Source of the DNA: Sedimentisphaerales bacterium
GTDB taxonomy: Bacteria > Planctomycetota > Phycisphaerae > Sedimentisphaerales > SM23-30
Assembly (NCBI GenBank): GCA_963666285.1
Contig: OY762711.1
Direction: 5' to 3' (one strand)
Length of the DNA stretch: 64,000 nt
The position numbers were made by a program, and so were the translations under genes. The notes beneath the pieces are model-generated. The model worked only from the letters and a program-made list of their open reading frames with translations, made no database searches and was not told where the DNA came from. Below, in pieces: positions 26,701 through 38,700 of the stretch (positions are counted from its first letter, which is position 1; every line of letters begins with the position of its first letter).

Positions 26701-29700
26701 ATTATCCTCCATATATATACTGCCGTTTGACTCTATATTAATATATGGTGTTGTTGCACCTGCGATAAAATTAATTGCAATTGGATAATCGGCCTTGAGT
26801 GTATGGGTATAATAATCCTTCTTACCTTCAATCTGAGTAGTCAGAGTATGAACAGTCTTGGTTCTCAGCCATCCGCCGCCGGTTGTCCATTCATCAACAG
26901 TTATACTGTAATTCTTGAAATCACTGTCATATTTATTCGCTGCCGGATTCTCAAAATCTGTTCCGGTATAATCGCTTACATATACCCAGTCCGGATCAGC
27001 TTCAAAGTCCACAATCGGAGTTACTACTCCGGTTTCCTCATCAACTGAAACCAACGCTACTTCTCGGGCAATAGCTGATGCGTCGAATTCATATACTTTA
27101 TTTGTCGCTATATCTCGAACCTGTGTAACACCCGGTATTGCATCAATATCAATATCAGTCTGACGCTCATAATATATGGTATATATTGTACCGTTGGCAT
27201 AACTCGGCATCTCGTCATCACCTGGTGCTACCAGACTCTCAGATTCCAATAATGGCATATCGTCTGTAAACTCGATTGTCTGCCACTTATAACTGTTATC
27301 ACTGCTAAGCCAATCTTCAAAATTTGTCGCTCCGCCAAACAGGTTAAACGTTTTCTTCTCGTATTTCCTTACTGTTGTCTGGGTAAATTCCTGCCCCTCT
27401 GTCCAGACATACTGCAAACCTTCCCTCGGCTCATAATATATATCATCTGTCACATTGTGGGTATCTGTTGTAGATAGTGTATATTCAATTCGAGAAATAA
27501 CTCCATCTTCTACATTTGGATCACCTGCTACCAAAGTTCCAGTATATACTTCTTCTGAAACCGATGAACCGTCAACCTCGTATACTGTTTTCTCCAGCGT
27601 TGCTGTATCGATAATCGTTATCTTACCGACACGCTCGGTTGTTGTATCTATGCGGTTTAATATCAGGTCATACGAACTGTTGTTATCTATATCTACACTT
27701 GTATAACCATGAGCCACTCTGATCTCACCGTTACCGGTACTAAATATCTGGCCTGCCAGTGTCACTTTACCACCCTGTGGTACTATCTCATCCAGTACAA
27801 TTGCCTGCTTCTCAGCGTCAAAATAACCATCAACCGGTACATTATCTTCTCCAAAGCTCATTCCGTCCAGAACATTGCCGTCATCATCTACAAAACTGGT
27901 GGTTGTATCTCCCGGATCAAAATCAGCTGCTATTTCCAAAGTAATTACATCAACTCCACTCTGGATCAAGCCGTTAATGTTCAAATACCTGGCTGTTACG
28001 GTAACTGATCCCATTGCCAGAATCATTGATGTATCGGAATCTATCGCTTCATCAAGTCCTTCAATCGGGCCGACAAAATCATTAAATACTTCACTGTCGA
28101 CCGCACCGGACTCATTCCATACCTCACTTCTTAAAGTTTCATAATCCAGGTACTGGCGTGGATCTTTATTGGTATGCAGCCAATCGTCAGTATTCAGGTT
28201 AAAGTCGCGTGCAGCAATGATATTAACATTCTCACCGCGAATCTCTCCGGTTATATTAATGCTGCCGTTCTTATTCTCTATTGTGATATCACCATCTTCA
28301 TTAATTACATCACCGGTAATATACAAATCCTGATCCAGAGGCGGCAATGTCAGACTGCCAAGGTCATAACTGCTGCTTGCTAATGCATACTGTAATATAT
28401 TAATCTCTTTATCTGAAACATCTGACACGCTGGTAAGAGGGGTATAGTTCAGATATACATTTCCCGGCTCAAGTACTAAACGTTCGCCTTCATTCAAAAC
28501 TACCCGGTAATTATCTCTCACCACGGTATCATTCACATTCATCGTAAATGGTGACTGGTTGAATATCTCAATGCCTGCCCCGGAATGTGCTATTATCTGG
28601 TTGCCGATCATGGAATTAAACGCACCCGCTGACTGACCGTCTGAATCGATAAAGACCGAACCAGGTGCCGCATAAATCTCCGGCAGATCCATAAATATAA
28701 GGTCTAGTTCTTTGCGAACTACAGGATTTGAAGGGTCTGTATTATCAAACAGTCCAAGCTCATCAAGAATAGCATCCAGTTCTTCCAACTGAACCTGGTA
28801 ACGCGCTACCGCCTCGGCATTAGTCGCGTGATTTGCTATCCAGCTCAATATTTCTGCTCGCTGTTCAAATAATATATTGCCAAGATTAACATATGATATC
28901 TCTGGGTCTGCCATTGAGACCGGCTTAATTACATAAAACTTACCATCCAGTTCATTTGCAAACATCTGGGTAATATTACTGTCATATACTGCAAATTCAT
29001 CTTCTTCCTCTGAAGTCAGACTTGCTCCCAGATTCTTCCATTTTGATGTATTGGAATAATCTTCAGTATTCAGAACTATATCTTCGCTAAAATCTTCCGT
29101 CTGATGTTCGTAATCCACACCTGGAATATCTGTCATATACTGATAATAATTACCGACAACTCCGCCGCCGCTTGCTCCGGATATTACATGAATTATAGTA
29201 CCCTGGTTGATCTTGAACTCAATATCAGTCAATACCAGCGGGGCATATTCATAATCCAACCCGGAATCAATTCCCAATAATCCCAGCTCTCCGGATGTCA
29301 GCAGGGTTCCTATCCTGCTTGGATCTATCTGGTTTGAACCATTTACCTTGACCGGCCTGATCTGGATTACGCTCTTATTATTAATTCCGGCTTCAACCTG
29401 TGCGTTTGTTCCAATATTTACATTATTGTAACTATTGATAACTGTATTATTTGGCACATCGATTCCATATGGAATCAGGGACAATGACAATACCAGGCCG
29501 TCTGTACCGCCTCTCTCACTACCGCCAATACCTTCCTGTGCTGTCAAGGTCACATCTTCCAGGGCAAGCACTTGCGATGTCCCATTAATATTTACTGTAT
29601 TATGCTCGTAAATTCTTACCCGAGGATCCGGATCGTTCAGATTAGGCAGCAAAGAAAACGCAGTAATCTCGGTATTAGCAAAACTGTACAGAATATTTGG

Positions 29701-32700
29701 TACCGCTATCTTGTTCTTGCCGGTATATATACTAACATCGCCGGCCTTAACAGTCGCATTGTTCAATGTAACTTCATTAAAAGCGTTCTGGGTAACGTAT
29801 GCCTTTGCTGTTGATCCGCTGGTTACCGCACTTACAACCATCAGGTTAGCACTTGGGTTAGCCTTGGAAATCGTATGAGTTGTCAGATATATATCACCTG
29901 AATTATTTTCCAGGTAAGAACCGTTTAATGCAATTTCCGCCTGCGTATAGGTAGTTATATCTGTCTTGGCTATTGTTAATGCAAAGCCGGAAACACTTTC
30001 GACCCTGGCATTATCAACCGCAAACACGTCTATCAGTGATTCTACATTGAATATGCCTGGATTAGCATTTGTTCCCTCGGCAATAATATTTGTTCCGCTG
30101 CCGACTGTTATTACACTTTCAAACCTGTTACTGTCCTGACCTATCTGGGTCTTGCTCATCAGCAAACCAACAACGCCCAAACCTGCCGAACCGGAATTCA
30201 GGTTATTGTCATTAGCAAACTGATTCTTGTCAAAATCATTTATAGTATTAAAGACAATTGTCTTGGCATTAATATCTACATCATCACCAACGATAATATT
30301 TGACTTAGTCGTATTGACACTGTCAACCATCGCGCCACTTCCGGCTGCCAGACCGAAACTGTAAGCATCTGATTTAGCGTCAAAGATATTATTATGCTCT
30401 GAGGTCAGGTATATTACACTTACATCAATATCGGAATCGTCGCCTATCCTGGCAACCGCGGCATTATCATTGTCCATACTGGTAAATGCACCCGCAATTC
30501 CTGCCAATACCCCGCCGCCGCCGGCCGTACTCTGCGCCAGGATATCATCTTCGCTGTTTGCCTTCAACCGCAATGCATTTGCTTCGATAGTTGTATTTGA
30601 ACCTACTCCGGCCACAACCTCATATACACTGTTACCTTTACCCAGATCGATACTTGCATACATTCCGCCAACTGAGATTCCGCCAAAACTGGTTCCTAGA
30701 CCTGTTGCATCGCCGTTAATCTCAAAATCTGAAAATACATTCACATCATTATTGACATGAATATCTGAATTATTGCCTATCAATGCTTCTACCGAATGGC
30801 CGACAACAACATAAGCAAAGTTAAGCGAGAAAGCCCCGATTCCGGTTGATATTCCTAACGTATGAGCATTGATTACTATGCTACCATCTGCATCTACCAG
30901 CAAATCTTCCACGCTCTGACCTGAACCTGCAGCAATATTAACATTATTGCCCACATATGACTCTATCGCCAGGTTAGATGTTAGCCTGATAAATGACGCT
31001 CCTACACCTACCACTCCGTTAGAAATCTCTCCGGTATCACCGTCAATATCCTGGTCGCCGTCTGCAAAAATGGTAATCTTATCTGCATTGCGTACAGTAG
31101 CTCCATCACCCAGGTATGCCTGTACAGAACTGTTATCTTCCAGGTCAACTACCGCAGCGCCCAACGCTACAAAACCGGCGGTACCGGCTAATACCGTTAC
31201 ACTGACTTCCTCATCCAGTTTCGCAGTAATACTAATATCATCACCCGCAGTTAGTATGCCGTCGGCGTGCGATACTACACTGGATGCTATATTTACCACC
31301 GAAACTGCCGCTCCAACACCTACCAGCCCGCCGCTGCCGGAACCAACCAGGAAGTTCAGCTCGACATATTCATTTGCATTGACATTAATATCGTCACCGG
31401 CAACAATTACTGCATTGGATTCTATTGCCGCTCTTGTACCGACAGTATCTACCGGTACACTGTTGATATCAGCCTGTATTGCAGCACTGCTTGGAGCTGC
31501 CGCTGCCAGACTGTCTGATGCTCCCTGGGTTGCACTGCCGACATATTTCGTACTGCTGTTATTTGGATTACTCTCATCCTTATCATAGCTGCCCAACGCG
31601 CCGACAACTTCACTATTTGTCGCTGCGGAACGATTGGCTGCTTCAACATCAGCAGTTTCATCTACTTCAACTATTTCTCCTTCTTCATTTTCATAATCGC
31701 CGCCCTCCAGAGGATTAGCTGTGCCTCCATTATCATCTGAATAACTCTTATCTATTGCTTCACCCAGAGACCACACAGAAACAGAGGCGGCCAGACCAAC
31801 AAAACCACCCGCGGCACTAAATGTATATGCATTCAATTCCTTGATACTGAGTGCATTTACCTCAACATCATTTTTCGCTGTTACTATCGCTCCATTGCGT
31901 ATATATGCTCCAACATCATTCTTGACACTACCGATCTCAACCGCTCCGCCAACTCCAACAAAACCACCCGCTACACCACCGGCAAAAGAAGTTATATTGT
32001 AATCATTCGCTGCATTAACATACACACTCTGGTTTGCACTGGCACCTGTGTTATTTCCTTCCTGGTTAATCTCGGCATAAGAGTCAATATATGCATCGGT
32101 GTCACTGTCCAGCAACGTTACTGTAACTGCACCAGATACTCCTACAAAACCTGCTCCCGCAGCAACAGATAAGTGGAATATATCTTCCACACTCTTAGCC
32201 TGTACTACCAGGCCATTTACTGTTTCAGTGCCGAAACCGCTGCCCCCTGAACTTATTGTCCCGCTCAACATTCCGCCCAGACCGGTTCCATTACCCAGTG
32301 CTGTAACCTCGGCATTTGTCGCAATATATGAATTTGTATCCTTATCGATTGATACTACACCCACTGAAGCACCAACACCAACAAAACCACCTGCCAATGC
32401 ACCTGAAATGGCATCTAAATCTGTCACATCCGTTGCATATACCAGTACATCGCCACCGGCATAAACCCTTGCCCCACTGCCGATCATCGCGGTTGACTCA
32501 TTATCTATTGTCAAAACATTTACCGCGCCGCCAACGCCAACTACTCCACCTGCTATTCCAAAACCTATCAGCACCAGGTCTTCACTCGAATGAGACTGAA
32601 CATAAACATCATTCTGTGCTTCCAGGTCAACATTAGCACCTATATAAGCTTGTGTAGTATTATTTACAACATTTACATCTGCCGCCGGCGCTACGCCTAC

Positions 32701-35700
32701 TGCACCGGCACCGATTGTACCGGCAACCGCAAGATTATAGAAATCACTGCCTGCCGCTACATTAACATTCTGCAGTGCATCTTCGCCGCTGCTGGCACCA
32801 TTAATCGTTGCATTATCACCAATATATGCGGTGGTATTTGCTGTTACAACGTTCACCGTTGCTGATACCGCTACACCGACTGTTCCGCCGGCTATACTCA
32901 TAGTGAAAGCTTCGATATTATCCTGATTGGTCGCCGTTACCGATAAACCGCGGAATCCTGTCATTGTGTTCTTAGACAAAGTTCTCTGCCCGCTGAACGA
33001 TGGATCATTTACATCATTTCCGCCGCTGCTGTCAATGTTCATTGATGACAGTTGCGGCTTCTTTACCTCACCACTGTTACTCATGGTCGCAGAACTGTCT
33101 GATGTTACACTTGAATTATTCGCTTCGATCCCCTGACCGCCTGCATTATTCGGGTCAAATGATGCTTCATAAACCGAACCGACATTAAAACCTCCGGTTG
33201 ATACCGTAAAGTAGCCGTTAACACCATCTGCCTGGACTAATGCCCCTTCACCAATAAATGCATCTGTTGTCTTATGAGATACTGTAACACCACCCGCAGC
33301 GCCAACTCCAACATAGCCGCCAACCGCCAGCACACCGACTACCTTATCCAGCTCACTGCGGTCATTAGAATCTACTACGATACTGCCCTTGGCATGAACA
33401 TTACCCGGTCCTGCCGAACCGATACCATCTTCATCACCTATAAACGCTCTGGTCGTCAGGTTCAATGTATGAACCGATGCATCCAGCCCCACACTCACAG
33501 ATCCGCTTACGCTTACACCTGCCGCTACCGAGGTAATATCTTCATTTGAGTTTGAACGAACCTCAATATCTCCTTCAATATCAGCTATTACTCCGGAATC
33601 TATATATGCCTTTGTTACTTTATCGATTACCCCTACATCTGCTCCAAGACCGACCGCTGCTGTGCCCGCTGCCGCCAGGGAACCGGCCACAGATACTATC
33701 TTGGTATTATCATAAGCATCTACCTTGAAATCCGGCATATACCAGGCCGGACTGTAAACTGTCACATTCGCCAAACGGCCGACTCGGGCAATTGTCGTCT
33801 CATCCAGCACCGTCACAACCGCAGAACCGGCAACTGCTACATCACCGGCTGCTCCGCCCGCAGCTGCTATTGTTATAATATCCTCTGATGAATCCGCTTT
33901 CACTAGAAGACCATTATACCCTCCCGCTTCTACTATCGCCCTGTCGCCAATCCATGCCTTTACTTCATCAGTATGCACCAGTGTGGTATTAGATGCTCCG
34001 ATACCGGCTGTACCGCCAACACCAACAGCACCGGCTATCAGCTTAATCTTCAGATCGCCGTCTGCTGTAATATTAAAGTCACCCGCTGCTGATACTACCG
34101 CAACGTTACCAACTGTACCATCTGCAAGGTACGCCTGGCTCTTGGTGCGTATTACCTGGACCGATGCCGAGCCTGCTACACCGGCCGAATCACCAATACC
34201 TAGATTCGCAGCAATTGAAAGTATATCTTCATCCGAATCCGAACTTATTGTTATTGCTCCGCCCGAAGATACTTCTGCATTCGCCGCAACATAAGCTCTC
34301 GTATCTTTATCGATTATGTCCAGGTCCAGGCCTGCACCTACACCGGCACCATCAGTTGATATTCCTACCGCACCGGCTGAACTGTTTATCTTTGTATTAT
34401 CTATCGCACTTATTGTTACAGACTGGCTGGTTGAACTGGATGCCTGGTTTACTGCCGCACCGCTGGCTATATATGCCTGCGTCACATGGTCAAACAGGTT
34501 AATAGTCGCCGATCCCGCTATACCAACATCGCCGCTGCTCGCTCCCGCTGCCGCTGCTACAGAAGTGATATCTACCGAACCAATAACAGGTATATCTACC
34601 GATAGCGGCGTAACCTTCGTCTCGGCCTTCACCAGCAGTGCATTATCAACATCAACATCCGCATTTCCAATATAAGCCACAGTCTCATTATCGATTACAT
34701 TCAACGCAACCGCCGCGCCAATACTATTGCCCTCACTCAAAGCTGCCGCACCGGCAACGTTCTGGATACCAATATTAACACTGGCAACCACAGAGGTATG
34801 GCGGCTGCTGTCTATTGTCGCACCATCGGCAATATATGCCGTTGAGGTCGTATCTGCTATTATTATCGATACCGAACCGGAAATACCGTTATCGCTGCCG
34901 TTACTACCGGCCATTGCCCAGGACTTATACTCATTCTGCTCGCCCGATACCATTTCTGCTTTAATCATTACATCACGACTGGTCAAAGTCGAATCGCCTA
35001 CATAAGCTGTATTGTTCGCTGCGATCTTATTAACTGATACCGCTGCCGCTATGTTAGTATCATTCTCGGAATCCAGTGCCTTACCTATCGCTTTTACATA
35101 TGAGTCTGTATGACCGCTTGCAATTACCTCGATATCTTCAGCACAGCTGATAGTAACGCCATTAGCAACATTTGCTGTATTTGTCGTGGTATATACATTC
35201 ACTCCTACTGCCGCCGCTATACCTACACCGGACGATCCGCTGCTTGACTCTTCACTTGCACTATCGCTCGCACTGCTGGTCTCATCGCTTGCCGACGGCA
35301 GACTCTGGCCGCTTGTGTTCGAATTGCCATTTGCCTGTTTATTCGCTTCGGTATCTGCATCATTACCACTGGAACTGTTACCCTTGGCACTCGCCAGGAT
35401 CTCCATATAACTGTCATTATTATAGTTTGACCGTACCTGTACATCACCGCTGCTGGTCGTTATATTCCTATGCAAAGTAGCACTAACAATTTCATCACTA
35501 ACCGCAACTCCGACCGCCGCTCCAACACCAACATCGCTGCCCGCGGCTTCTGCATCTGCCGTCGTGATAACACTTGAACTATGATCTGCCCGTATCTCTA
35601 CCTTACCCTGCGTATTCAGCGTTGAACCGCTTGTTCCCACTCTTGCCGTTGTGGTATTTGCTGATATTGTTATCGCAACCGACGGGCTTACCGCCACATC

Positions 35701-38700
35701 TCCGGCCGCACCGGCAACTGCTTTAGTACGAACTATATGGTCCGCTTCTGCAACTACTTCAACCGTACCGCTATTAGTCAGGCTTGCACCATCCTGAATC
35801 TCGGCCCTGGTTATAGTATTCTTGGGCGTATTCATCGCTACCGATGCACCTACACCAACATCAGCACTGCCGGGAACCTTGGAATTTGCCGTGGCTATAC
35901 TAACTGTCGAGCTTACCGCACGTACTATCACATTCTGGCCGCTGCTGCCGCCGTCTGTTCCATCGGCACTCACTGCTGCACCGGTATGCACTGAAGCTTC
36001 AGTCTTAATATTAACCTTGTTTAAACTGAACGCACCGGCAACACCAACATCTGTAGCGCCGGCACCGGCTGTAGCCTCGGCTATATAAACATCAACAACC
36101 TCGAAACTATGCTCCGTTCCGGTTGCCTTGCTCTTATCCAGATCTATCGCCTCGTCCGCATTTGCATCTGCTATAGTCTTGGCCAGTTTGATCTTCTCTG
36201 GGGCATCCTTATCAAAGATCACATAGTATACTTCACCATCTTTCAGACCGCCAATCGCCTTATTACCGTCACCGGTATGATACACTACGGCATCGCCGGT
36301 CTTCAAGCCATGATCGTCACCCAACTCGATTGTCTCATTACCTTCGGTATCAACCACATCATTTGTCGGATGGAAATTATGAGTCTGGTTATCTTCCAGT
36401 ACATCTACTACCACACCCTCGGCATTAACCGTAGCTGCTCCTATCACAGATTCTGACACAACATCACCGGCATTAATCGCTACCGCAGCTCCAATACCAA
36501 TCTCACTATTTGTTGCACTACCGTCTGCAATTGCAATATTATCATTATTCGCCGTTGTTACCAGCCGAAAATCGTCTGCTGCATTAATAACCACACCATC
36601 TGCTATGCTTGCTGTTGCACGTGCATCTGCTACATTAATACTGATCGCCGCCGCTACTACCACCGCCCCGTCAGAGCTTTCCGCTGACGGTGTTTCAGTT
36701 GTACTGCCTTCGCCGCCGCCCTCGGTTGTAGAACGACCTTCAGCCGCTGTTCGCTGGTTGCCTGCTTCCTGATCAACATCATCCGGCTGGCTCGCATCAC
36801 TATTACGGTCGCTCTCTGTCTGGGCTCCCGCAGCACTAGCCTTTGCATGTGTCACCGTCTTAGTATCTGCATCTGTTGTAAACCTTACATTACCGCCGGC
36901 AGTGATCGAGCGGTTACTGGTCGACAACGCTATATCTTCCATGCTGTTCAGCGCCAAAGATGCTCCTATCGCGGCATCCTCACCCTCGGCATCACCTTCA
37001 GCTACTGTATCTACCACGCTGGTATGGTCTGCGTTCAGCTGCAGGTTACCTGTTACCGTTAACGCTCCTGCTCCACTTTCCACTATCGCAGTGGTATTAT
37101 TATTCGCTACCAAAATCGCAACTACTGGGGTTATAGCTGTCCCGCCGGATGCTTCCGCGCCGCCTTTTGCCTCGGTATCAATTGCATGGTTGCCGGTCGC
37201 CGACAATGTTACATCATCCGCATTTGCCAGTATCACACCACTTCCAATAGAAGCTTTTACATTATTCGTTACCAGGTGCGTTACTACCGACGCTCCCAGC
37301 CCCAGGCTCTCACCCGATGCTCCTTCGTCCGGTAATGCCCTGCCGCGGCTCCGGGTCTTACTGCTCGCGGTTAACGCTATATCTGCACCATTAACATCCA
37401 GGCTGGCACCGGCATTAATTGTCGCCACTATATTAGTGTTGATTATATTTATCGCCAGTGAACCAGCTACCCCAACATCACCTCCACCTGCTCCGGACTT
37501 ACTTACTGCCTCCATATAATCCTTGCGGCCAAAACCATGATTGGTTCCGGTTGCCGCCGTTCCGTCAATATCTATTGCCGTACCGTCTGCCGCGTTATCT
37601 GCTGATTCCGCCAGCTTAATCAAATCAGGATTTGAGTCATCATAGATTACATAATACTTCGTACCGTTTTCCAACCCGCCGATTGCGGTATTACCTTCAC
37701 CGGCACTGTAAGTTATTACGTCACCGGTTCGCAAACCATGGTTTGCGCCGAGATTAATCGTATTCCCGCTGCTGTCAACTACATCCGTCGCCGTTGGGTC
37801 AAATTCATAGCTTCGGTCATTCTTTCTCGCTTCAACCGTTATCGTACCGGCTGTTATATCAACATTTCCCAACCAGGCTTTTGTATCAATATCAACATAA
37901 TTGATTGCAACTGCTACACCAACTCCCGGATCACCGTCTGTCGCACTGCCGTCCGCCCAAGCCGAACCCATCTCAGAGCTTGCTGCACGAACCGTTACAT
38001 CGCCAGCTTCAATTGCTCCCGTACTGCTGATATATGCCTGGGTCAGACTATTGAAATCCGTTACCGCCAATGCCGCGGCTATCTGAACATCACCATCACT
38101 AGTCTCGGCATCATTAGAATCAAGCTGCTGCTCAGTTTCGCTGTCATTACTGGAATCCCCGCCGCTGCTCTCCGCACCGCCTCGGGTCGATATCGCCTGA
38201 CTGCGAACATTCGCCGTCGAATCTGCCAAAACATTAATCGCTCCCGCAGCTGTACCGGTATGAACTGTACCATCAATATACGCCTGAACATCGCCGCCCA
38301 TATATGAAAACGCCAGCGTCGCACCTGCCGCTCCGCTGCCGCCCGCTGTACCATCCGCCAGAGCCAAACCTGTCACATTACTACCGGCATCAACCGTTAT
38401 TGTACCGCCTACATCCAGCTGGGTATTTCCGGATATATGTGCTAATGACTCGGTAAGCAATACATTTACTGCAATCGCCGCATCAACCGTTGAACTGCTG
38501 CCGGATTCTGACTCTGCTTTTGCAAATGCATCAATAATTGTATCTGTTTCAATTGTAAAATCGCCGCTAACCGTTATAGTTGAGTCGCTTATATTTACTT
38601 CAGCATTAGACTGACCAACAATTACTGCTGTTTTGATGCTGCTCAGTGAAAAACCGTCCGTATCAACGTCTAAATCAGAAACTGCCGATAGGGTTACATT

